A stretch of DNA of 64,000 bases, taken from Leucoraja ocellata. Lineage: Eukaryota. A program made the position numbers and the translations under genes. The stretch is from the NCBI GenBank assembly GCA_036785375.1, contig JAWMAR010000478.1, positions 186,001-250,000 of the forward strand, written 5' to 3'. Each line of letters begins with the position of its first letter. Within the stretch, counting starts at the first letter, position 1. This document shows positions 26,659 through 38,756 of this stretch, in pieces. The notes under the pieces were generated by a model. It worked only from the letters and a program-made list of their open reading frames with translations. It was not told the DNA's origin and ran no database searches.

Positions 26659-27943
26659 CTGGAAGGAAAGGGAAGCAGACGGGCAGTTATGGGTTTAGTA
26701 CAGAGCAGTGTGGCCCGGCATTTAATACCATCAGTGAGAAGGTTCACAACTCCTGAACTCCCACAGAACCTGGTTCAGCCATGTTGTTGATGTTCTCCTC
26801 TCACACACTCTCGCTCTCCTTCTCTCTCCCCCTCTCTCACTTTCTCTCCCTCTCCCTCTCCTCTCACTTGCAGTTTCACACTTTCTCTCTCCCCCTTTCT
26901 CCCTCTCCTCTTTCTCTCACTCGCTCACACTCAGGCACCGTGTCTCTCACACTCGCAGTTTCACCCACTCTCTCTCTCTCCCTCTCTCGCCCCGTCTCCC
27001 CCTCTCTCCAACTTTCTCTCTCTCTCACACCCACTCTCACACCCACACACTCTCACATAGTTAGATAAATCAATATTCATACCCCCGGTTGCTAAATACT
27101 TTAATTCCCCTTCCCACACTGACCTTTCTGTCCTCGGTCGCCTCCATTGACAGAGTGAGGCTAAACACAAATTGGAGGGCCAGCATCACATATTCCGTTT
27201 GGGCAGCTTACAGCCCAGTGATATGAACATTGATTTCCCTCAGTTGAGGTAGCCCTGTGTTCCCTCTCTCTCCATCCCTCCCCCACCCAAGTCGCACCAG
27301 TTTCTCGTTTTCACCCAACAAACCACTAACCTGTTTCCTTTATCATCGTTACTTTGTTTACATCTATCTTTCATTCATTGTTCTTTATCTCTCTCTACAT
27401 CATCATCTATATAGAGTCATTCATTGTGGAAACAGGCCCTTCTGCCCAACTTGCCCACACCGGCCAACATGGCCCAGCTACACTAGTCCCACCTGCCTGC
27501 GCTTGGTCCATGTACCTTTCTAACTGTTTCTTAAACATTGGGATAGTCCCAGCCTCAACTACCTCCTCCAGCAGCTCGTTCCATACACGCACCACCCTTT
27601 GTGTCAAAAAGTTACCCCTCAGATTTTTTCCCCTTCACCTTGAACCCATGTCCTCTGGTCCTCGATTCCCCTACTCTGGGCAAGAGACTCTGTGCATCTA
27701 ACCGATCTATTCCTCTCATGATTTTATACACCTCTATAAGATCACCCCTCATCCCCCTGCGCTCCAAGGAATAGAGTCCCAGCCTCCTCAACCTCTCCCT
27801 GTGGCTCAGGCCCCTCAAGTCTCGACCGAAATATCACCTGTTCCTTCTCTCCAGAGATTCTGCCTGTTTCACTGAGTTACTCCAGCTTTTTGTACCCACG
27901 TTTGTATCATCTGTATTTGAGATTAAATACAAAGTTCCACTAC

Positions 27944-28010
27944 CTGATTGGTGGCAGATTGTGGGCAGTAGATCACATTGGTGTCTTGGTTTCCTGAAGC
28001 ATCTTCCCTC
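27944..28010 (-). CDS. Siglec-like gene A: cytoplasmic exon 1 (REDASGNQDTNVIYCPQSATNQ)
   Basis: 67 nt, gttgctgcag|G...CAG|gtagtg, phase 2 to 0. It bridges the TM and terminal exons exactly in frame. Confidence 0.8.
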
Positions 28011-28934
28011 CTGCAGCAACAGAAGATCACACCAAGTTTACAGCACATCAGTAAAGTCCAAGTACAAAGTTGCAGTTGTATTAGACGTTGGTCATAAAGT
28101 CATGAGGTCATTAATGATAGGAGCAGAATGAAGTCATTCGGCCCATCAAGTCTACTCTGCCATTCAATCATGGCTGATCTAACTCTTCCTCCTAATCCCA
28201 TTCTCCTGCCTTTCTCCCCATAACCCCTGACACCCGTACTGATCAATAACCTATCTATCTCTGCCTTAAACATATTGATTGGCTTGGCCTCCACAGCCTT
28301 CTGTGGCAAAGAATTACACAGATTCACCACTCTATGACTGAAGAAACTCCTACTCTGCTTCCTAAAGGTAGTCCTTTAATTCTAAGGCTGTGGCCTCTGG
28401 TCCTAAACTCACTCTCCCACTAGTGGAAACATCCTCTCCACATCCATTCTATCCAGGCCATTCACTATTCATTAAATATCAATGAGGTTCCCCCCTCATC
28501 CTTCTAAACTCCAGCTAGTACAGGCCCAGTAAGTGTCAAACACTCATCATATGTTAATCATTCTCGTAAACATCCTTTGGACCCTCTCCCGAGCCAGCAC
28601 ATTCTCCTTCAGATATGGGGCCCAAAACGGCTCACAACAGTCTAAAGACCATCTGTTGCTGGCTCTGATTTGGTCTAACTTTCTCAACCTTTCAGTCTGA
28701 AGAAGGTCCCGACCCGAAATGTCACCTATTCCTGAATCCCCAGATATGCTGCCTGACCTGCTGAGTTACTCCAGCACTTTGTACCTGTCCATGTTCTCCA
28801 GAGATGCTGCCTGACCCGCTGAGTTACTCCAGCACTTTGTGTCTGTGAACAGGAGTTAGCCTGGCAGAAGCAGTCATAAGCAGATGACAAAGAGATGGAT
28901 TTGGAAGTAAAAATGTGGATTTATTTAAACTTAC

Positions 28935-29031
28935 CGCAGTATATACTTGTAGATGATGAATCCAGCTAGCACAGCCATCAGTATTATCCCTGCTGTAAGC
29001 AAAACTGGCTTCCAAATACCGAAGCTTTTAT
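28935..29031 (-). CDS. Siglec-like gene A: transmembrane exon (DKSFGIWKPVLLTAGIILMAVLAGFIIYKYILR)
   Basis: 97 nt, tttttacag|AT...CG|gtaagt, phase 1 to 2. It contains a 19-residue uncharged span followed by basic residues, and is in frame with the 35764 exon. Confidence 0.88.
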
Positions 29032-32000
29032 CTGTAAAAACAAGAGGTGTGTTTTCAGTTTAATTTATTGTCTGGTGTAACGAGGTACAGTGAAAAGCTT
29101 TTGTGTCGTGCTATCCAGTCAGCGGAAAGGCAATACATGATTACAATCGAGCCGTCCACAGTGTACAGTTACAGGACAAAGGGAATAACGTTTAGTGCAA
29201 GGTAAAGCCAGCAAAGTCCGATCAAAGATAGTCCGAGGGTCACCAATGAGGTAGATAGTAGTTCAGGACTGCTCCCTAATTGTGGTAGAATGGCCTAATA
29301 ACACCTGGGAAGAAACTGTCCCTGAATCTGGAGATGTGCGTTTTCACGCCAGTTCCCTTATCATGTATCTAAATACTGTAAACAGCTTGATTGTAATCGT
29401 GTATGGTCTGTACACTGACTGGTTAGCACACAACAAAAGATTTTCACTGTGGCTGGGTAAACATGACAATAAACTAAACTGTAACGTAGTCTTATAGTAG
29501 AGTATAAATCATGAGAGGATTAGATCGGGTAGATGCACAGAGTCTCTTGCCCAGAGTAGGGGAATCGAACATCAGAAAACATAGGTTTAAGGTGAGGGGG
29601 AAAAGATTTAATACAAATCTAAGGGGAAACTTTTCCACACAGTGGGTGGTGGGTGTATGGATTGTGCTGCCAGAGGCCGTTGAGGCAGAGACTATCCCAA
29701 CATTTACAAAACAGTTATACAGGTACATGGATAGGACTGGTTTGCAGGGATATGAACCAAGCACAGGCAGGTGGGACTAGTGTCACTGGGGCATGTTGGC
29801 TGGTGTGGACAAGTTGGGCCAAAGGACCTGTTTCCACAATGTATCACTATAACTCTGTGAGAGGATGTTCACACGGATATGGGCCTGTTTTCATGCGATG
29901 TCACTATGACTCAATGATATCTTGCCTGCCGCAGATGTTAGTTTGTAGTTGTTGTGCAAGACATTGGTGAGACCGCATTTGAGGTATTGCGTCCAGTTTT
30001 AGTCACACTGCTCTAGGAAGGAAGCTGGAAAGAGTGCAGAGAAGATTCAAGACAATAGACAATAGGTGCAGGAGTAGGCCATTCGGCCCTTCGAGCCAGC
30101 ACCGCCATTCAATGTGATCATGGCTGATCATCCACATTCAGTACCCCGTTCCTGTCTTCTCACCATATCCCTTGACTCCGCTATCTTTAAGAGCGCTATC
30201 TAACTGTCTCTTGAAAGCATCCATTGAATTGGCCTCCACTGCTTTCTGAGGCAGAGAATTCCACAGATTCACAATTCTCTGGGTAAAAACGTTTCTCCTC
30301 ATCTCCGTTTTAAATGTCCCACCCCTTATTCTTAAACTGTGGCCCCTGGTTCTGAACTCCCCCAACATCGGGAACATGTTTCCTGCCCCTAGTGTCCAAT
30401 CCCTTCACAATCTTACATGTTTCAATAAGATTCCCTCTCATCTTTCTAAATGCCAGAGTATACAAGCCCAGCCCCTCCATTCTATCAAGATATGACAGTC
30501 CCGCTATCCCGGGAATTAACCTTGTGAACCTACGCTGCACTCCCTCAATAGCAAGAATGTTCTTCCTCAAATATGGAGATCAAAACTGCACACAATACTG
30601 AAGACTGATCGGATACTTTCAAGAGAGCTAGATAGACCCCTTAAAGATAGTGGAGTCAAGGCATACGGTGAAAAAGCAGGAACGGGTGTCTGAATGTGGA
30701 TGATCAGCCCTGATCAAATTGAATGGCGGTGCTGGCTCCAAGGGCCAAATGGCCTACTCTGCTCCCATTGTCTATTGTCAAAGTACCCGTTCAACTCGTC
30801 TGCCATTTCCTTGTTCCCCATAATAAATTCACCTGTTGTCGTCTTCAAGATTCCAACTTCGGTCTGAACTAATTTTTTCCTCTTCACATACCTAAAGAAG
30901 CTTTTACTATCCTCCTTTATATTCTTGGCTGGCTTACCTTCGTACCTCATCTTTTATACCCCGCATCACCTTCTTAGTTATCTTCTGTTGCTCTTTAAAA
31001 GTTACCCAATCCTGTGGCTTCCCACTCATCTTGCAATGTTATACTTCTCTTTAATTTTATACTGTCCTTGACTTCCCTTGTCAGCCACGGTCGCCCCTTA
31101 CTCCCCTTGGAATCTTTCTCCCTCTTTGGAATGAACTGACCCTGCACCTTCTGTATTATTCCCAGATATACCTGCCATTGTTGTTCCAATGTCATCCCTG
31201 CCAGGGAATTTTTCCAGTCAACTTTGGCCAGCTCCTCCCTCATGGCTCCATAGTCCCCTTTGTTCAACTGTAATATTGACATTTCTGATTTTCCCTTCTC
31301 CCTCTCAAATTGTAGATTACAACATATTAATCGTCGACTAGGTGCAGCTTGTCGTAGACATTGTGTTGTCTTTGGGCCGCCAGGAAATTGTGTTCCCCCC
31401 CATGTATTAAAAGTGATTTCCGCCCTTGAGAAGAGGGAGTGGCCGGGGTGAGACTGGCCCTTGATAATGCTGCTGGCCTTGTCGAGGCAGCGTGAGGTGT
31501 AGATGGAGTCGTTGGTAGGGAGGTTGGATTGTGCGATGGTCTGGGATGTGTCCACAACTTTATGCAATTTTTTACGGTTAGCACACAACTAAAGCTTTTC
31601 ACTGTACCTCGGTACACGGGACAATAGGCTAAACTGTACTAAACAAACCACAGATGTACCTTGAACCATCCCACCACAACCAGAGAGCAGTGCTGAACTA
31701 CTATCTACCTTATTGGTGACCCTCGGTCTATCCTTGATCGGACTTTACTGCATTTACCTTGCACTAAACATTATTCCCTTATCATATATGTAAACACTGT
31801 AAACAGCTTGATTGTAATCATGTATTGTCTGTACACTGACTGGTTAGCACACAACAAAAGCTTTTCACCGTAGCTCGGCGCACACATGACAATAAACTAA
31901 ACTGTAACGTAGTCTTATAGTAGTGTATAAATCATGAGAGGATTAGATCGGGTAGATGCGCAGAGTCTCTTGCCCAGAGTAGGGGAATCGAACATCAGAA

Positions 32001-32329
32001 AACATAGGTTTGAGGTGAGGGGAAAAAGGTTTAATAGGAATCTAATGGGTAACTTTTTCACACAGATGGGTGTATGGACTCAGCTGCCAGAGGCCGTTGA
32101 GGCAGAGACTATCCCAACATTTACAAAACAGTTATACAGGTACATGGATAGGACTGGTTTGCAGGGATATGGACCAAGCACAGGCAGGTGGGACTAGTGT
32201 AGCTGGGGCATGTTTGCTGGTGTGGACAAGTTGGGCCGAAGGGCCTGTTTCCACAATGTATCACTATAACTCTGTGAGAGGATGTTTAGACGGATATGGG
32301 CCTGTTTTCATTCGATGTCACTATGACTC

Positions 32330-35175
32330 AATGATATCTTGCCTGCCGCGGATGTTAGAGTCTAGTTGTGCAAGACGTTGGTGAGACCGCATTTGAGGTA
32401 TTGCGTTCAGTTTTAGTCACACTGCTCTAGGACGGAAGCTGGAAAGAGTGCAGAGAAGATTCATGACTATAGACAATAGGTACAGGAGTAGGCCATTCGG
32501 CCCTTCGAGCCAGCACTGCCATTCAATGTGATCATGGCAGATCATCCACATGCAGTACCCCGTTCCTGCCTTCTCACCATATCCCTTGACTCCGCTATCT
32601 CTAAGAGCTCCATCTAACTCTCTCTTGAAAGCCTCCAGAGATTCACAATTCTCTGGGTAAAACGTTTTTCCTCATCTCCATTTTAAATGGCCTACCCCTT
32701 ATTCTTAAACTGTGGCCCCTTGTTCTGGACTCCTGCAACAGGAACATGTTTCCTGCTACTAGCGTGTTCAATCCCTTCGTAATCTTACATGTTTCAATAA
32801 GATCCCTTCTCATCCTTCTAAATTCCAGTGTATACAAGCCCAGCCGCTTCATTCTATCAACATATGACAGTCCCGCCATCCCGGGAATTAACCTCATGAA
32901 CCTACGCTGCACTCCCTCAATAGCAAGAATATCTTTCCTCAAATTTGGAGACCAAAACTGCACACAATACACCAGGTGTGGTCTCACCAGGGCCCTGTAC
33001 ATCTGCAGAAGGACCTATTTGCTCCTATATTCAACTCCTGCTGTAATGAAGACCAGCATGCCATTGCCGTTCTTCGCTGCATGTTGTACCTGCATGCTTA
33101 CTTTCAGTGACTGATGAACAAGATCTCTTTGTACTTCCCCTTTTCCCAACTTGACACCATTCAGATAATAATCTGCCTTCCTGTTTTTGCCACCAAAGAG
33201 GATAACCTCATATTTATCCACATTAAATTGCATCTGCCATGCACCCGCCCACTCACCCAACCTGCTGAGGTCCCTCAGCATCCTCATAGCATCCTCCTCA
33301 CAGTTCACACTGCCACCCAGCTTTGTGTCATCTGCATATTTGCTGATGGTTCTTTGAATCCCTTCATCTAAATAATTGATGTATATTGTAAATTGCTGCA
33401 TTCCCAGCACTGAGCCTTGCGGTACCCCACTAGTCACTGCCTGCCATTCTGAAAGGGACCCGTTAATCCCTAGTCTTTGTTTCCTGTCTGCCAACCAATT
33501 TTATATCCATGTCAGTAGCCTACCCCCAATACCATGTGCTCTAATTTTGCCACTAATCTCCTATGTGGGACCTTATCAAATCTATCAACACCATTACTAA
33601 AACTCTCATCTTGTCCTCTTCCCGTTTGCGTTGTTTTTAAATTTGAGCAAAAACGGTACCCAATATCGCTAGGATATATCGCCACCTTACTCACCGTCCT
33701 CTGCTCCAAGTGCACCAAATTTTGTTCTGATTACAAAAGTTATGAAGGTTTACAAAATCATGAGATCAGTAGATCGGTCTTCTCGCCTGTTAGTCACCAT
33801 GAAGGTTACGCCCCTTCTGGCACCCGCTGTTAATCATCGGGCGGGGCGAGGAGAATAAAGCCCCGGAGGCGGAACTGAGTCCTCAAGTCGTGCTGATTGA
33901 GTCCTCGAGCCTTGCGGAGGAGGGAGACCAGCGAAGTGACCAGCGCCCGCTGTGAGTCCCCATCGCACCCTTAACCCCTTCCCCTCTGGTCCGCCTCGCT
34001 GGCTCCCGCACCCCCTCTCCGTAATACTGCACACTTCCCCATGGCTCTTCCCCCGTCTTTTCTCTGAGCTCTCTCTCCACCCTGCCCACACCCCTCCCCC
34101 CACACCCTCACCGCCCCACACACCCCTCACCACCCCACAACCATTCTCCCCACACACCCTTACCTCCCACACACCCCTCACAACCTCCCTGCCCACACCC
34201 CCCCACAATGCACCCCCACACCACACCCCCAGCCCACACACCCCTCTCCCCCACAACTGCCCCTCTCCCCCACAATCCCCCTCCTCCCCACACAATCCCC
34301 CCTCCCCCACACAATCCCCCCTCCCCCACACAATCCCCCCTCCTCCCACAACCCCCGCCTCTCTCCACACACACACACACACAAACTCCCCCCCCCACAC
34401 AACCCCCACCCCACACACACCCTCCCCCACCTGAAAACCCCTCATCCACAACACCCCCTGCCCACACACAACCCTCCCCCAAACCACTCCCTCCCCCTCC
34501 CACATCCTCCCTCCCTCCCACAGCCCACCCACACAACCCCACCCCCCTCCTCCCCCACATCCCTCCTCCTCCCCCCTTGGAAATCCCTCCAGCCCACATA
34601 CACACGTTCTCACCCACCCCTCCCCAACACACACTCCCCGTGGTGTTTAGGACCCAATGGGTCCCACTTAGTCTAGTACTTATTGAAAGTCTAGGTACAC
34701 TACATCCACTGGCTCTCCCTTGTCCATTTTCCCAGTTACATCCTCAAAAAATTCCAGAAGATTAATCAAGCATGATTTCCCCTTCATAAATCAATGTGAC
34801 TCCGACTGATCCTGTTACTGCTATCCAAATGTGCCGCTATTTCATCTTTTACAATTGACTCCAGCACCTTCCCCACCACCTATGTCACACTAACTGGTCT
34901 ATAATTCCTTGTTTTCTCTCTCAAACCATGCTTAAAAAGTGGAAAAACATTATCTACCTTCCAATCCACAGGAACTGATCCTGAATCTATAGAACATTGG
35001 AAAATGATCACCAATGTGTCCACAATTTCTTGAGCCACTTCCATAAGTACCCTGGGATGCAGGTCATCAGGCCCTGGGGATTTATCAGCTTCAGTCCCAT
35101 CTGTCTACCCAACACCATTTCCTGCCTAATGTGAATTTCCTTCAGTACCTCCGTCATCCAAGATCCTCTGGCCAT
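32330..35175 (-). mobile_element. Degenerate CR1/HER1 LINE (RT region) interrupted by the Helitron; related pieces at 29900-31320
   Basis: GVPQGSVLG, YADDTK and LVRPHL.YCVQFWSP motifs; (TCTATTG)n-type tail. Confidence 0.85.
33581..34676 (+). mobile_element. Non-autonomous Helitron
   Basis: Begins A|TC and ends with the hairpin GGACCC-aat-GGGTCC (34650-34664) followed by CTAG|T. It has no TSD, and the interrupted CR1 rejoins as ccttatcaaa|tacttattgaaagtc. Confidence 0.82.
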
Positions 35176-35324
35176 GTTGCCATCACTCGAGAATTTGGCA
35201 GGAACACGATGAGGTCAGGTTTGCAGGGGTATGGGCCAAATGCAGGCAGGTGGGACTGGTGTAGGTGTGACATGTTGGTTGGTGTGGGCAAGTTGAGCTG
35301 AAGGGCCTGTTTCCACACGGTATG

Positions 35325-35654
35325 TGTAGGAGTAATTTATGTTTCAGCCAGCTACTGTTGGCGTATTATATTAGTTTGTCTAGATATTTCTAGCGCTATT
35401 ATTTTGGACACTTGGTGGCGGTCATTTGATGAATGGAGGGGTGTAACACATGGGCTTAGTGGACAGGGAGTGATTCAGACCAGCTACAGGAGGTGGAGGG
35501 TACACAGTTCACACAGATCGGGAGGACAGGAAGTTACAACTTGTATGAGAATAAAGAGAACCTGGTACATTCATCACTTTGTTTGTACAACTACTTCAAT
35601 AAAGAATGACTGGAAGATCTGTTCTGTTTTGGTCTGTGTAAGATCACTCCTACT
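35325..35654 (+). mobile_element. Probable solo LTR of about 330 bp
   Basis: Terminal inverted motif TGTAGGAGT...ACTCCTAC(T) with an internal AATAAA near 35598. A TSD is not evident. Confidence 0.45.
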
Positions 35655-35763
35655 TACCTGTGTAGTAATGGCAATGGAAAGTTGGACATTGTAAAAGTTA
35701 GAGATGGCCATTACAGTATGACTCTCTGGCTCTCTGACTTCCCTCGCCCATAAATGTCCTCAC

Positions 35764-36048
35764 CTTCCGTCCACAGATACAGCGTGAACATGGCTTCCCC
35801 GTGCCGGTTTCGGACTGAGCACACGTTCTCCCCTCCCTCACCCCATCTCAGAGTGAGGGAGCCATTCACCAGATGCCCGCTTGCCACCTGCCAGATGTGG
35901 AGACGTCCGTGGGTTTGATTTCCGCTGAGGTTGGCGAGGGGGAGGTGACGGGTGAGCTCTCCGGGTGGGTTGCACCTGGCCGCACACACACAGGTGACAC
36001 TCTCAGGTGTGTGAGTGCATCCCGAATCTCGGGAAATCTTTGGCGCAT
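35764..36048 (-). CDS. Siglec-like gene A: membrane-proximal Ig domain 4 (MAG domain-5 type)
   Basis: 285-nt phase 1-1 exon (cctccag|ATGCGCC...GAAG|gtgagg): YAPKISRDSGCTHTPESVTCVCAARCNPPG...VNGSLTL...VCSVRNRHG. The SxC...CxC...NP pattern resembles the last Ig domain of MAG. The acceptor has a short pyrimidine tract. Confidence 0.8.
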
Positions 36049-38474
36049 CTGGAGGATCTGTCCTATCTGCCTCCATCACTGCCCTTGGCAGTGTGTTGTG
36101 GATGCTCTCCATGGTTAAACAGTTTACCAGGGAGTACAAGTACCTTATACAAATAACACCAGTCTGAAAAAGGGTCTCACCCCAAAATGTCACCTATTGC
36201 TTCCCTCCAGAGATGCTGCCTGTCCCGTTGAGTTACTCCAGCATTGTAATAACCAACCTGATCTCCCAGTGGCTCAGCACTTCAACTCTTCCTCACATTC
36301 CGAATCTGACCTTTCTGTCCTGGGCCTCCTCCATGGCCAGAGTGAGGCCCACCGTAAATTGGAGGAGCAGCACCTCATATTTCGCTTGGGCAGTTTACAC
36401 CCCAGCGGTATGAACATTGACTTCTCTAATATCAGGTAGTCCTGGCTTTCTCCTCTCCTTCCCAGCTCGCCCTCAGCCCACTGTCTCCTCCTCTTCCTTT
36501 CTTCCCGCCCCCACCCTCACATCAGTCTGAAGGGTCTCGACCCGAAACGTTGACTATTTCCTTCGCTCCATAGATGCTGCCTCACCCGCTGAGTTTCTCC
36601 AGCATTGTCTGCTCCAGCATTTTGTGTCTATCTTCAGTAGCTGCAGATGTTCTACTAATCGGTGGTGGCCAGTGCCATCAGCACAGAACGCCACAGGAGA
36701 TCCTTCTTCCCTGTGGCTAACAAACTGTACAACTCCTCCCCCTTCTGTCATAGTGTAGACTGAGACTGACTTGCCTCCCCACCACTCCCCTCCCACGTAA
36801 TCTTTGCACAGCCCCCAAGCCTTTCCACTCGTCACTTTAATTCATATTTCAAGTATTTTGTGTTTGTGTATTTTGTGTATTTAGTTCTCTTCAGGGATAT
36901 ATAAAGTTCTATTGTGTCGTATCGTATTGTAAAAGTTGCCCTGCACATCTCCTTTACAATTTTCCCCTCTCACCTTAATGCTCTGCCCTCTCAACCTTGA
37001 CATTTGCACCATGTGAAAAAGATTCTGACTGTCTACCTTCTCAATGCAACTCATAGTTTTATATATTTCTATCAGGTCTCCCGTCAGCCTTTCAACTGGG
37101 TGGTGAATCTGTGGAATTCTTTGCCACAGACGGCAGTGGAGGCCAAGTCAGCGGTTATATTTAAGGCAGAGACAGATAGATTCTTGATTAGTACGGGTGT
37201 CAGAGGCTATGGGGTGAAGGCAGGGGAATGGGGCACGGGAGGGAGAAATAGATCAGCCATGATCGAATGGCAGTGTAGACTTGATGGGCCGAATGGCCTT
37301 ATTGTGCTCCCATCACTTGTGAACATGAACTCAGAGAAAGTCTATCCAACCTCTTCTTTAGTTTAGTTTAGAGATACAGCACGGAAACAGGCCCTTCGGC
37401 CCACCATGTCCACGCCTGCCAGCGATCCCAACACATATACTATCCTGCACACACTAGGGACAATTTACAAATATACCAAGCCAATTAACCTGCACACCAG
37501 TATATCTTTGGAGTTTGGGAGGAAACCGGAGCACACGCCGCAAACCCACGTAGGTTATGGGATGAACTTGCCAACTCCGTACCGACAAGCACCCGTAGTG
37601 AGGATTCAACCTGGCTCTCTGGTGCTGTGAGGCAGCAACTCTACCGTTGAACCACTGTGTGCCCCCCTTTAAAACTCCTTATTGGTAATACACTCTAAAC
37701 TAGGCAGCGTTGTGCACCCTGACCACATCCTTCCTGTAATGGGGTGACCAGAACTGCACACAATGCTTCAAATAATTTTATCTAAACTTCCTTATCTTAG
37801 AAGAGGAGAGAGGAAATATAGGAAGTATGTTGTCAAGCAGGAAAGGGTGCAGCGAGGATGTGGCCAGGACTAGAGGGCCTGAGCTATAGGGAAAGGTTGA
37901 GCAGGCTGGGACTCTATTCCTTGGAGCGCAGGAGGGTGAGGGGTGATCTTATAGAGGTGTTTATAATCATGAGAGGAATAGATCGGGTAGATTCACCAAG
38001 TCTCTTGCCCAGAGTAGGTGAATCAACGACCAGAGGACATAGGTTCAAGGTGAAGGGGAAATTATTTAAACGGAACCTGGGGGGTGACTTTTTCATACAA
38101 AGGCTGGTTGTTGTATGGAATGAGCTGCCAGAGGAGGTCGTTGAGGCTGGGACTATCCCAGCGTTTAAGAAACAGACAAGTACATGGTTAGGACAAGTTT
38201 GGAGGGATATGGGCCAAACATGGGCAGGTTGGACTAGTGTATCTGGAACTTGTAGGCTGTTGAAAGCAAGTTGAGCAGTTCCCACGCTGTATCACTCTAT
38301 GAATCTATGGCTCTATAACTCTATGGCTCTATGAGAAGGCAGGAGAATGGGGTTAGGAGGGAGAGATAGATCAGCCATGATTGAATGGTGGAGTAGACTT
38401 GGCCATTCAACATTCTAATTGTGCCCCTATCATTGATGACGTTTCGAGGGATGTGTTAGTGTGTGTCTACTCAC

Positions 38475-38756
38475 ATTCTACAGTGAGGGTCACATCCCTC
38501 TCTGCTGTCCCGTGTTCATTCACCGCCACACACTGATAGACCCCAGCGTCCTGCCATGCCAGCTGAGGGAACTGCATCCACAGCTCGTTGCTGGAACATG
38601 TTGTGTTCAGAGTGACACCGAGATGTACCCACGTCAGGTTAGATGCTGGGAAACTCTGGACGGAGCAGAGGATCGCTGCAAAGTTTCCTTCCTTTACAAT
38701 CACCCGGGAACTGTTCGCATCATCGTGGGAAGTGATTGAGAGATTTTGTGGAGCAT
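38475..38756 (-). CDS. Siglec-like gene A: intact C2-set Ig domain 3
   Basis: 282-nt phase 1-1 exon (ttgtctctag|ATGCTCC...GAAT|gtgagt): YAPQNLSIT...KEGNFAAILCSVQSFPASNLTW...DAGVYQCVAVNEHG. Confidence 0.9.

Larger units (their letters stand above)
18295..32890. repeat. Right arm of the large inverted segmental duplication
   Basis: Mirror ORF pairs, e.g. 6779-7141(-)/23085-23447(+), 4270-4947(-)/26382(+) and 15067(+)/18859(-). Confidence 0.95.

Noticed and set aside
27944-28010. Third ITIM at VIYCPQ
   Set aside because: The Y+3 residue is Gln, which does not fit the consensus.
28935-29031. Activating, DAP12-coupled receptor because of the Lys in IWKPV
   Set aside because: The Lys lies before the hydrophobic core, and both paralogs keep the ITIM tails, so this is not an activating/inhibitory pair.
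33834-34765. Gly/Pro-rich ORFs of 160-266 aa (also 52459-52949)
   Set aside because: Low-complexity Helitron interior that lacks stop codons by composition.
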